From positions 138,756,001 through 138,820,000 of the forward strand of contig OZ024740.1 in NCBI GenBank assembly GCA_964016885.1: DNA of 64,000 nucleotides. The letters are read 5' to 3'. Below are positions 51,363-63,098 of this stretch, piece after piece. Numbering within the stretch: the stretch's first letter is position 1; each line of letters begins with the position of its first letter. A model generated the notes under the pieces. The model saw nothing but the letters and a program-made list of their open reading frames with translations, was not told where the DNA came from and ran no database searches. Source of the DNA: Eledone cirrhosa (taxonomy: Eukaryota). The translations under genes and the position numbers were made by a program.

Positions 51363-54300
51363 TCAGATATCCAGGACGTATCGGAGAGTTCTTGCTGTTC
51401 CCAGTAAGCATGCCTTTTGAAGTGTTCCAAAAAGCGGGGCGGGGCCAATTTTCTTTAACCATCCCTGGAAAGTTTTTGAGATAGTACCTAGTGCGCCTAT
51501 GACAATCGGGACCACTTTGACTTCATGGCAGTTCCAAATCCTTTTTACCTCTCACTTTAAGTCCTGGTATCGGTTAATTTTCTCCCTCTCATTCTCTTGC
51601 ACTCTCGTGTCGGATGGGCAAGCCACATCCACAATCCAGTTTCTTGTCCGTCTGTATCCTAAAATCCCATAGCACCTTCACCTGATCGTTTTATATCACC
51701 GACTCTGGGTTATGCTCAAACCACTTCTCAGAATGTGGTAAATTGTTTACTTTGCATAGGTGCCAGTGGATCACCCTGCCCATCACATCATGTCTCCAGC
51801 CTTTATAGTGAGTCTGGGCTAGGTGTTTACATTCGGATACAATGTGAGCCACAGTCTCCTCTCTCTCTCTCCTCAGACCCTGCACAGTGGGCTAGCCTCC
51901 TCCTTGTAAATATGGTGTTTCAGCCACTTCGTTTTGAGGGCCTGCTTTTGCGCTGCCATTAGCATTCCTTCTGTAGCTTTTTTAAGGTCTCCTCTTCTAA
52001 ACCAGTTCAATGTCTGTGGATCTCTGAATTCCGTTTTCTCAAAGAAGGTACTATGAAGGGATTTTTCATGAAGGCTGCTCTTTCTTCTTGTTGTTATTTC
52101 CTCCTTAGACACTCCCTGGTCTATTGTCCTCTCCTTCAGTACAATTCTGAGCATTGGCTCCTTACTATCGGTCACGTATTTGTGTAGGTTGTTTTTCTCC
52201 ATCTGAACACAGTCCTCTATGCTGATAAGACCTCTTCCACCTTCAGATCTCCTTAAGTAGAGTCTATCGACATCATTCCTCTTGTGGAACGTGTTGTAGA
52301 TAGTCAATAGCTTCCTAGTCTTCCTATCCATTTCTTTTTGTTCAGCAACATTCCATCTCAGAATTCCCGCACTGTACCTAGTAATAGACACAGCTCGGGA
52401 ATTTACTGCACTTATGGCATTCCTACTGTTCAGATGTGACTTTAATACGCTCCTTACTCTCCGAATATATTCCGATCTTATCAATTCCTTTATTTTTTTT
52501 TGTTCTTGATGTCATCAGCCTCCAGAATAGCCAAATACTTGTATTCTTCTTCAGTGTCAATTTCCTTTATCATCTCACCTGTTGGTACCTGGATTCCGTT
52601 GCTTCTGCTCAATTTACCTCTCTTCATCACAAGGACTCCACACTTACTAATACCAAATTGCATACATATATCATTGCTGAAAATACGGACAGTGTCAACA
52701 AGCACATCCAACTCCTTCTCACTCTTCCCGAAGAACTTAAGATCGTCCATGAAGAGGAGGTGATTGATGGTAAGCTCTCCCTTTCCCAACTTGTATCATG
52801 CTCTCACTTTTCGCAGGATAATGATCAGGGGCATCAGAGCAAGGACAAACAACAGAGGGGACAGACTATCTCCCTGGAAGATACCTCTCTTGATCTTCAC
52901 GCCTCCCAAGGATTCTCCAGCTGATGTTAACTCTGTTTTCCAGGACTTCATACTTTTGCTCAACAACTGTCTGACGTTATCTGCCACCCTGAAGATCTCT
53001 AGGCTTTTGGTGATCCAAGAATGAGGCACCATGTCAAATGCCTTTTTGTAGTCTATCCATCCCATGGCAAGACCAGTGTGTCTCCTCTTGCAATTCCTCA
53101 TTACCATCTTATCAAAACGTAACTGGTCCTTTGTACCACGGGACTTCTTTCGGCATCCTTTCTGTTCGTCCGGTAACAAGTTGTTTGTGTGGAGGTGATG
53201 GTAGATTTCCTCAGACACAATGCTTGTCAACAGTTTCCACATTACGGACAGACATGTGATAGGTCTATAGTTGGTAACATCATTACCCTTGATTCGGTCT
53301 TTCATTACCAGAACTGTGGTACCTTTTGTCAACCACTCTGGTACCTCACCTGACATCAAACAGTCATTGAACATGGTTGTCAGTTTCGGGTGGAGGGATG
53401 TTACAATTTTAATCCAATACCCCTGCACACCATCTGGGCCTGGTGATTTCCAGTTGGTTAGTTTTTTGGCCTGCCCCTTAAGAGTTTCAACTGTGATACT
53501 CAAATCAGTTTGTTGGTGTGCCTGTTCACTAATCTCCTTTTGTACTGTCTCAATCCACCCTGCCTGGTCATTATGTTTAACATCCTGCTCCCATATTCCT
53601 CTCCAGAATGTCTTAGTTTGTTCCGCCTCAGGGATCAAGTCGTTGCCTCTTTCTTTCCCTTCAAGCTGTCCAAACAACATCTTCTGGTTGTTGTCAAACA
53701 TGCGGTTCTGTCTATACTGACTGACTCTGCGCTCGTATCGCCTAATTTTTGCACTCTTTGCTACAATGCGTTGCTTCAGTTCCTCTATGATAATATTTAG
53801 CTTTTTCCTCCTAGTTTTGTACTTTATTTCCAGTCTATTTTTAGTGTCTATGTTTTTTATTGTCCCATTCAGTAGGGACTCAAGCTTTCCAATGTCATTT
53901 CTCATTTCCCTGATTTGACCATTCAATCGTTTCTTCCACCAAGGTTCTGATCTTTCTTGTTTGTTGTTTCCTCTCGCTTTTATGCCAAGTAATTTCCTCA
54001 CCGCATTTGCTGTTGCTTTGAGGATATTGTTGCACTGGTGAAGGCTCCTCGCCTCAAGGTATGGGATGACTTTGTTTACCTTAGCTGTTGTTTCTTTTAA
54101 CTTTTTCCTGTCTACAAATCTTAGGTTCATAGGTTTCCCACTATCATTGTTCATTTCATCTACCACTAAGGTTAGGATATCAACCAAATCTTCTCCTAGC
54201 CCGTCAGCATTCATTTCCTCAATGGCCGTATCTTTGTTCCAGATGTTATTTATTCCAGCATTTAGATCATTGTCTGATTCGGATGCTTCCTCAGGTCTCT

Positions 54301-54730
54301 CAACCTCTTCACCCTCATTTCCCACTGGCTCGTTTGCCTGACATACTCCACTCTCCATTTCCAACTTAATCTCTCTGCTCAGTTCCTCCAGTTCCAATTC
54401 GCTTATCCATCCATTAGTTCTTATTACCCGAGCCTGCCCGGCCAATGTTTGTTCATCTAATTTAAATAGACAAATCTCTATGTTTTGCATCCGTTTCCTA
54501 TAGCCTTTTTCCATGGGGTTACTCTTCAGGTAATATTCCATGACAGTTCTATTCAATTCTTTCGTCCAGTTGGTTCTTGTCCCTTTCCTTCTTCTTCCTC
54601 CAACACCAGCAGTATTTGGATGACAGCCAGGTCCTTGCTGCTGGGCCAGGGAGCACCTGCTGGGTGAGAGTCTGTCACATGACATTCCAGTCTCCACTCC
54701 ACCGTTATTCGAACTGTTTAGGTTCGACAT
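51363..54730 (-). pseudogene. R4-clade RT+RLE polyprotein, disrupted
   Basis: 644-aa open N-terminal part, then stops at 52796 and 52490, GA slippage at ~51865, deletion of the NRPD motif near 51637, stop near 51552. Confidence 0.9.
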
Positions 54731-55104
54731 TGAAACACTCTTATCGAGGATTGGTGAATGTATGGTTACATAACCACCGGTTATTTCATCAGCTCCGGTG
54801 ATTTGATCACCCTCGGTGATTTTAGCGTGGCACTATCACGCTGTAGACGAACATAAATAAACAAACAAACAAATAGGTAAAAACCTCCAAAAATAAGCAT
54901 AAGTTTCATTGTAATGTAATGTTTGAATGTCTGACTTAGTTTTTTTTGCTTGTCTGTCTGTTTGTTTTTCTTTTCTTTTTTCTTTTCTTTACGTTTTTCG
55001 TTGCTGCTGTGCTGATTTCATTTTGATTTTTGATTTTTTGATTTTTTGACCGGGTCATCAAATCAGTCTATTTATATCTTTTGATGCCTTCCTCATTTAG
55101 TGTC

Positions 55105-55250
55105 TTAGCAGGAGGTAGTGGGAGAGAATAGCGGCGGTAGCGATAATGAGGCAGTGGTGGTGGTGGTGATGTGCTAGTAGTACTTAGCAGGAGGTAGTGG
55201 GAGAGAATAGCGGCGGTAGCGATAATGAGGCAATGGTGGTGGTGATGTGA
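55105..55250. repeat. ~80-bp direct duplication in the putative R4 5' UTR
   Basis: ttagcaggaggtagtgggagagaatagcggcggtagcgataatgaggca occurs twice. Confidence 0.9.
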
Positions 55251-55605
55251 TCGTAGTACTGTAGTGATGGTGTTGAAGTTGAAGTAGAAATAAAAGTTGA
55301 GGTAACTTGACTAGAGTTTTTGGCGTGGTAGTGGTAATGGTGGCGGTGGTGTTGTTGGTGGTGAAATTATTTGCCTGTTTGTCCACTTAGCCATTTTTCT
55401 CTCTTTCGACTATAACATTTCTGATCCAAAATTAAATATTAAATATTGGGGCCCTATGCCGTAATGTGAGGCGTTGCCGCTTGCTGAGGGTCAAAACTGT
55501 AATCTTATATTTCATTTGTAATAAGAATTATTCTATCACAGTTGTTTTAAATAAGTAAAAATCAAAAACTTACGGGAGCGGTTCCATAACGATATATATC
55601 CACCA

Positions 55606-55675
<70 letters not shown>

Positions 55676-55889
55676 GAATGCCATGGTTGACGGAGGCTCG
55701 GCTCTGTAAGGTATAGTAAATTTTAAACCCTATAACAATTGTAGATTGTTTAAAACTTTAACCAAATTGTAGACAAAAACACCCTTCTCCTCGTGAGAGG
55801 GGTCTTTCTGCCCGTTATTTGGCCCTTCGGGGTTAAATAACTGCTTATTGGGGTTTTGTGCCCAATATTTATTTTAAACCAAAAAAAAC

Positions 55890-58088
55890 ATGGCTACAAA
55901 AAAGAATTTTCACAAGTCACTCCCACTCATTCCGTCTTCTTCTTCCTCAATCGTCACTACACCAGAGAGAAGATTGTCTCTCTCCCTCCCTTCTCTAAAT
56001 GTGTCTCTCTCCCTCCCTTCTCTTTCGCAAGCGACGCCAGTAAAGAAAAATAGTTTCAAAAATCATGTGCAAAACATGGAACATTTCTCCACGACGACGA
56101 CAACGACGAAAAAGGTGTGCGGTAAATACGAAAACCCATTTCATTCGTCTGACGTCATGAATAATAGCAGTAGCAGCCGTAATAACAGCAGCAGCAGCAG
56201 CAACAGTGACAATGAAAACAACAGTAGCAGCCGCAACAGCAGCAGCAGCAGCAGCATAAACAACAACAGTATTAGCAGCAACAGCAACAACAACAGCAGC
56301 AGCAGCAATAACAACAACAACCACAGCAACAGCGGCGGCGGCAGTAGTCGTAGTACTTGCAGCAACAACAAAAGTAACAGCAGCTCTGACGACAACAACA
56401 ACAACAACAACACCAGCAAAGAAAAACCAATGTCGTTTGCAGGTATCACAAAGAACCTGGAAACCATCCTCATAACAAATGAGGAATTACAGGAAGCAAA
56501 GAAGATGGTGATGAAAACCGGACACCGAGCAATCTGCAAGGCAGCCGAAAAATTTTTCGAAACCCAACAGCACTGTACGGTCACGTACCCTACAGTAAGC
56601 ACAAAATCCCGTAGGGTTGAAAGAGCCACAGAGGCTCAAATACAAAAAGCCTTAGGGTCTGTGTGGCAGCGGAAAACGTATATCACCCGAGGCAAGAAAT
56701 ATGCCACCGTAGACGTGCTTTTTATCACACCCCAGGAGGCAAAGGCTCAATCCTTAGTGACCCTAATGGTGTTGGTGCCCTCCTACTGCGGGCAAAAGAT
56801 TGTGAGGGTCAAACTGACCCACGTCTCCCGTGGGATGGCCCCTTCTTGGCTGGCCGCGTCTGTCCTCGTCGGAATCGAGGACAAAACAACTGTACTGCAA
56901 GTACACAAAAAAGTAAGAGAAGATTGGGACGGCACCTCCATTGAGATGTTAATCCAAACCAACCAGGAGTGCATCGAAGCTATCCCGGATGTGATAGACT
57001 TCGATAACAGCACTCAACTGCCCATAAGTGTTGAGGGCAAACGCCCGAAATGCTTTCGCTGTGGATCGAAGACTCACCTCAGGGCCTTCTGCAACGAGAA
57101 GACCCTGAGAAAGGAGAAAACCCCCTTCCTTCCGAAACCGGCTCCACTGCTACCAGCAACAAGACAAGCGGCAACCAGGAACGATCGGTCCGTGGCACCC
57201 ATACCCACGCCACGGAAATCAAGAACAGCAGCAGCAGTGGAAGTATTAACAACAACAACAGTAATACCAACTGCAGCTGCAACAGAGACTCCACTGCAAA
57301 CATCACCAACAAGTGAAAGAGTGGAGCTGGTACCCCTCTCCGACCTCACAGAATCAGACATGGAGTGTGAGATGGGAGAGGGATGGCAAAAGGTCGCAAG
57401 AAGGCACAAACGCAGAAGCAGCGCATCGTCGCCTTCGAAAAGGGAGGAAAGAAATGAAAAAAGGGTAAAGGCTACTGCAAAGAGACTCTCAGCAGCAACA
57501 CCACCAACACCATCACCACCCACACTAGCACCACCATCACCACCGGCGACAACCCCACCGCCAACAACAACACCTTCAACACCACCACCACAAACACCAA
57601 CATCGCAAACACCAACATCGCAAACACAACAACAAAACACACACACCCAGCAACAACGACAAGAAAATAGCAGAACCACACCCCACCCCCAGAAAAACAA
57701 ATGCACGGCAATAAATACACACAACAAGAAACTAATGACTTACATAATTGAACACACACACATTTCACAGCACGACTACATAATACCAGCACCAATCAAA
57801 ACACCAACGAACATAAGACTGGTAAGAATAGCACAGAAACAATACACAAACATTAAAACGAAATTCCCCAACGCAGTTGGTGATTTCAGAGACCTAGGAG
57901 GGACTCTCAACCGGAGAGTATATTCGGACATACTCATAGAAGAGCCGACGACCAGCCGAAGGGACGATTCAACGGTCCCTTCACCAGACGATCAAGTGAA
58001 AAGGGACTTTCGGGCCGGGGCCTATGGACAACTTCCAGAAATCTCTGGCCTGGCAGTGCTACCGAGGAGCCTTACCAGTTCGGGATAA
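55890..58088 (+). CDS. ORF1 protein (732 aa; S/N-rich N-terminus, CFRCGSKTHLRAFC knuckle) with a 27-aa out-of-frame ORF2-derived tail
   Basis: Uninterrupted ATG-to-stop frame; homologous to ORF1 of copies A and B. Confidence 0.88.
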   Translation: MATKKNFHKSLPLIPSSSSSIVTTPERRLSLSLPSLNVSLSLPSLSQATPVKKNSFKNHVQNMEHFSTTTTTTKKVCGKYENPFHSSDVMNNSSSSRNNSSSSSNSDNENNSSSRNSSSSSSINNNSISSNSNNNSSSSNNNNNHSNSGGGSSRSTCSNNKSNSSSDDNNNNNNTSKEKPMSFAGITKNLETILITNEELQEAKKMVMKTGHRAICKAAEKFFETQQHCTVTYPTVSTKSRRVERATEAQIQKALGSVWQRKTYITRGKKYATVDVLFITPQEAKAQSLVTLMVLVPSYCGQKIVRVKLTHVSRGMAPSWLAASVLVGIEDKTTVLQVHKKVREDWDGTSIEMLIQTNQECIEAIPDVIDFDNSTQLPISVEGKRPKCFRCGSKTHLRAFCNEKTLRKEKTPFLPKPAPLLPATRQAATRNDRSVAPIPTPRKSRTAAAVEVLTTTTVIPTAAATETPLQTSPTSERVELVPLSDLTESDMECEMGEGWQKVARRHKRRSSASSPSKREERNEKRVKATAKRLSAATPPTPSPPTLAPPSPPATTPPPTTTPSTPPPQTPTSQTPTSQTQQQNTHTQQQRQENSRTTPHPQKNKCTAINTHNKKLMTYIIEHTHISQHDYIIPAPIKTPTNIRLVRIAQKQYTNIKTKFPNAVGDFRDLGGTLNRRVYSDILIEEPTTSRRDDSTVPSPDDQVKRDFRAGAYGQLPEISGLAVLPRSLTSSG

Positions 58089-58539
58089 ACTCTACAGGCA
58101 TGGAGGTGCCGTCAGCCGGGCATGTCCGAGATGCGCGCAGGGCGACGAAACCGTCTTGCACGCACTCGTCCAGTGTCCGAAAATTGCTGACATGTGGGTT
58201 TATGTCGAACACCTGCTGTCGCGAGTGGGACGGATCCAGCTATCAGCTGAGTCCATCGTGAGGATTGCCCCGCCCTCTTCCTTTAGCCGGGAAGGGCAGG
58301 CAGTTTTTATCTGTCTGGTGGCCATGGCGAAAGAGATAGTATGGTGGACACGTTTGAAAGAGCTGAAGACGAGCACTTACCTCTTCGGTGATGCCCTGAT
58401 TAACTTTTTCAAATTTCATTTGAAAAGGAAAATCAGGGTAGAGATGGAAGTGCTCTCTTCCCAGCATTTTGTTGAAAGATGGGTGAGAGAAGCAAGAATG
58501 GCCCGAGTGAATGGGCCTACTCTGAGTACGTATCTGTAA
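58006..58539 (+). pseudogene. ORF2 C-terminal remnant (zinc-finger domain), open frame with internal ATG at 58024
   Basis: MDNFQKSLAWQCYRGALPVRDKL..CPRC..ETVLHALVQC. Confidence 0.85.
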
Positions 58540-58787
58540 ATTAAAGGTGGAAAACTGGGAGAAGGCACTTGCCTTGGTGGTCAGGGTCACTGTGGCCTTT
58601 TAGTGGGCTTTCTCTACAAATGTCCCTCCGAAGTCTCCCCCCTATTGGGGAATTTTTCATTGTTATTTTTTTGTTACATCCTCTGTTTTTGTTCTTTACA
58701 CGCAGAAATGCCCATTTGTACCGTCCTGTATTGTCCTGCACTGTCCTTAATGTCTACTTTATGTAAACCCTTGTGGTTAATAAAGAA

Positions 58788-58854
<67 letters not shown>

Positions 58855-58961
58855 GTAATAATAATAAATTTGAAGACTAAAATCCAAAGAGGGCTCGATA
58901 AGGATAATATATATATCAGATATATAAGAACCGTGCGTAGAGAAAATATTTATTTAAATAC

Positions 58962-59087
58962 AGATTAAAGTTTAAGAAAAGAATCGCTGCTTTCACCCTT
59001 AACGGGATCTTCTGAAACTCAGAAACTAGAGTTTCAGAACATCCCGTTAAGGGTGAAAGCAGCGATTCTTTGCTTAAACTTTAATCT
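58962..59087. repeat. Palindrome with ~59-bp arms containing a hammerhead-like core
   Basis: Arms agattaaagtttaag..tctgaaactc / gagtttcaga..cttaaactttaatct; cagaaga-tccc-gttaa-gggt-gaaa within the arm; arm fragment also at 17443-17469. Confidence 0.8.
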
Positions 59088-59101
59088 TTTATTTTAATAA
59101 A

Positions 59102-59184
<83 letters not shown>

Positions 59185-60090
59185 TCATATGTTGATCTAC
59201 ATGTATGTATGTTTATAGATGCATGTGTATATATTTTATGATCCTAATTTTAGATAGCTGTTTTTCATAGTCAGTGCTCTTTGAATGCTTTTTATTTGCA
59301 ATGAATAAGTGACAAGGACAAAGTTTCATAGTTGCTGGAATCAATTTAAAACCACATTGCTTTTCTTGAGATCAATTATACATTGCTTTTTCCAAAGTTG
59401 GGAACAGCAAAAATTTGTTCTTTTCGGCTCCTGTCAGAGCATCTAAAAATATTCTACAACTCCAAGCGCTAAAATTAACATTGGAAATTTAACTGATTAG
59501 AAAAATAATTGAATTAGTGCAAGGATTCTGGACGTGGAGCGAACGCCTTACATGAGGGTAATTTGAATATTTGAAGAGAAAATTTTCTAAATATTACATT
59601 ATATCTTTTTAACACCATAGTAATTTTATATTGAGAACGGTATCAACTTGTTTAGAGTGTCGTGGTGAAAAAAGTTTTAAAATTTTGCTTTGAATATCAT
59701 GCAAATTGCTAAATTATTTTGAAGGGAAAAAAAAAGCATATTTTCTGCGAAAATTATACAATATAAGAATGAAATATAATTTAGGTTTTATATTTATTAT
59801 TTTTACTTTTTACGAAATTTTGGAATTTCTATTTAAAACAGCTTCAGAATTTATTTGTTTCAACAATTCCAAGTGAATCAATATCCATAGACAAAGTAAA
59901 GATTGTCAGTATTATTTTAAAAGTATTTTGACCAAAATATATTCCAGTTCGAATAGCTATATCTATTTTAGGTAATTGGGGGATATGTCGGGTACGACTG
60001 TTCGTGTGTACATATATGCATGTATACTCTGTTCCATATTGCACCTAGGTTATATATGTGTGTATGTGCGTATGTGTGTGTGTGGGCGTG

Positions 60091-60210
60091 TGAAAAGAGT
60101 CATGACCTCAGGGGTCCTGACTCTTTTCATATTACCCACTCTACTACCCTAAGTATCGAGTACTCTGGTCCGTTATGGTCCACCTGGTATCTTACCACAA
60201 CTTCTTTGTT
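60091..60210 (+). mobile_element. Fold-back insert (19-bp arms + 80-bp tail)
   Basis: tgaaaagagtcatgacctc-a-ggggtcctgactcttttca followed by the attacccactc tail. Confidence 0.7.
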
Positions 60211-60317
60211 ATATATATATATGGGTGTCTCTTCTCTCTCACCCCCCCCCCCCCCCTCACTCTCTTTCTTTCTTTCTCTCTCTCTTTCCACGACACACAT
60301 ATCGTTCCATTCATATG

Positions 60318-60800
60318 TATAGAAATATGTGTACAACAAGGCGTTGCACTGTTTGAAAAGGTTCAGGGAGCTCAATGTAAAGGGCAGATTGTATAATGCC
60401 TGTGTGGAAACTACAATGCCTTGCAAAGGCGAAAATTGGGCTTTGAACGCTCGGAAGTGAGACTTGGGAAATAAGACCCGCATGTTCCACTGGGTGTGTA
60501 ATAGTAGTGGACATAGACGCCAAGTGATTAACATACTGAGGGGAAAAGTGGTCATAAAAGGGATCGGATGCATTGTATAAGAGTGAAGGTTGAATTGGTA
60601 TAGTCATGTGATGGGTATGGAGGATGACAGGTCAATAAAGACGTGCAGGGTACTCAAAGTTGAGGAAACCCGTGGAAGAGGAAGAACTAGAAAAACATGG
60701 GACAATATAGTGAGGGTTGACTTCATGAAGTTGGAACTTACAGAAAAGATGATACAAGATCGAGTCGACTGACTATTTGCTATACTACAAAAGACAAGCA
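60318..60800 (+). pseudogene. RTE-clade LINE 3' remnant
   Basis: VKGRLYNACV..ENWAL..RMFHWVC..WYSHVMGMEDDRSIK..RGRGRTRKTWD. Confidence 0.75.
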
Positions 60801-61329
60801 AGCAAGATAAGATATGTATCAACATATATGTTCCCCCTGCCAATCCGCTTGAGCCCCTCATTTTGGTCTTGCTTCTTTCCACATCCCTACTATCTGAATA
60901 AAACGTTGCACCTCCCCTTGACCCACATGCCCACATACATGCCTCTATTTTACCTCCCTCCATATACTTGCTACGGGTCGGTGTGTTAGTTTGGTTCATT
61001 ATTTTCACCACTTATAATGTAATAATAGTAAGAATACATAAAGGGAGACAGTGAGAACATTACATAGATATAGGTAAACATATACACGCTTCTTCAAGTT
61101 AGTGACATTTTTTATAATTAAACATTGGAACTGACGTTAGTTTGCCTTAAGCTGTTGTACGGATTTATATGCGGTTTTCATCTTTTTGTATATCATTGTG
61201 TTTAGGAAAGTCATTACGGAGAACCGTTTGTATAAATATATATCGTAGAAACGATAAATGTGGTGGGCGCGATTGTAAACATACATACATACATACATAC
61301 ATACATACATACATACATACATACATACA

Positions 61330-61362
<33 letters not shown>

Positions 61363-61429
61363 TACATTACATACATACATACTTATATACATACATATAT
61401 ACATACATACATACATACATACATACATA

Positions 61430-61830
61430 CAGATTTATACCTGTGATTATTGGGGCACTGGGATATGTTAATAACTGTCTCAGTACAAATCTTGAGAAGC
61501 TGGGCTTAACAGGAACAGAAAGAACACAATTAGTTAGGAAATTAAAAGTACAATCCATTAATGGAACAGTAAACATATGTAAAACATTCCAAAGATTTTG
61601 CATCTAATAACTGCATATACACATGTACAGATACTAAGCAAATACACATGCACACATACAACTCAAAACATACACATCCACAATACAATAACATCCATAT
61701 CTACACATGCAGACATGCATACATAATCTACCTAGTTGATGTGTAAATTCCAATGAGAGAGTCGTGTGTCTATGTTAGAAACCGACTCTCTCTATTGGTA
61801 AATATTTGTGAAATTATAAAGCCAGAAGAA
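61430..61830 (+). mobile_element. RLE-type retrotransposon 3' end (family 3) within (TACA)n
   Basis: FIPVIIGALGYV..LEKLG..ICKTFQRF C-terminus plus 3' UTR; (TACA)n on both sides. Confidence 0.75.
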
Positions 61831-62231
61831 CATACATACTTACATACATACATACATGCATACATTCATACATACATACATACATGCATACATTCATACA
61901 TACATACATCATCTTGACACATCTATTATTCTGCTTCTTCTCTCACTCTCTCGCTCTCGTTCTATTAATTTTTAATTAGTAGTTTCTATAGAAGGAGAGA
62001 TTCAGAAATAGCTGCTGTCATACACACCACACTGTACAATTCATAACGAAAGACAAAAGAATTATTCTCTCTCCTAAAACTATATGTTTATCAATTTATC
62101 TGATGATAATAACTCCATAGTAATATATATCATATTTATCATACATTTTAGAGTAGAAATATATTTAGCCATAGAAAAAAAAAATACAGGAATAAGAAGA
62201 GACAATAACGCTTTGCGGTATTGTCCATTGG

Positions 62232-62460
62232 TGAAGGTGGTGTATTGACAGAACTCGTAGAGCGATGAATAAAATTCTTTACGATATTTGTTCTGGCTCT
62301 TTACGCTCTGAGTTCAAATCTCGCTGAGGTCAACTTTACCTTTCATCCTTACTGGATTGATAAAATTGAGTACCAGTAATACACTGGTGTTGATTTAATC
62401 GATCTTTCCCATCACTTCAAATTGCTGGACTTCTGCCAAAAGTAGAAACAATTATTATTT
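62232..62460 (+). mobile_element. S1-related SINE (older)
   Basis: Head, gagttcaaatct B-box, core and tail. Confidence 0.8.
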
Positions 62461-63023
62461 GGATTCGCCGATATCAATTTGGCATTTCCTCCTTTTAAGG
62501 TGTATCAAATAAAGTACTAGTCGAAGTTTATGTAGTTGGTGGAGTTTAGAGTGTTGGACAAGATACGTTACTGTATTTGTTCTCGTGTGTTGCTTTCCGA
62601 TTTCAAATCATTCTGCAGTCAAATTAGATTGAGAACTTTATACTTTCAGCTGGCTCTTGGGTGGTCTTTCGGAAGTCGTGAAAACAAGCATAGGCACCAC
62701 TCTATCCTCCTTCAATAAACAATACAAAATGTAAAAAATTCTTGATTTGCTAGAAAACCTGAGGCTTGCCCTGATTAAAATACAAGATAAATTTTACATT
62801 TAAACTCAACTTAAGAAGGAGAAGGACCAAGTCTTTTAGATAGTAGTTTCATAAAGAAAATGTGGAATTGCTATTACAATAACTGGTAGGTAAACATGGA
62901 AGAAAGGGATTAAAGAGTAGGGAGGTATTTGCTATAGTGCAGAATGTTTCGGTAATTTCAACCACGCCCTTGCAGTTTGGATTATATGAAACAGTTGAAT
63001 ATATGTGACAATGTGTGTACGAT

Positions 63024-63098
<75 letters not shown>

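Larger units (their letters stand above)
51286..55606 (-). mobile_element. R4/Dong-like retrotransposon (family 1), probably full length including ~0.9-kb 5' UTR
   Basis: Collinear with 8641-12150; (ATT)n at 51236-51285 and 55607-55675; assignment of 54750-55606 as 5' UTR is inferred from the flanking tract. Confidence 0.85.
55676..58790 (+). mobile_element. Tx1-clade copy C: 5' UTR + complete ORF1 joined to the last ~530 nt of ORF2 + 3' UTR (non-autonomous)
   Basis: (ATT)n on both sides; 58006-58790 is near-identical to reverse complement of 1246-2031; EN and RT domains absent. Confidence 0.92.
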
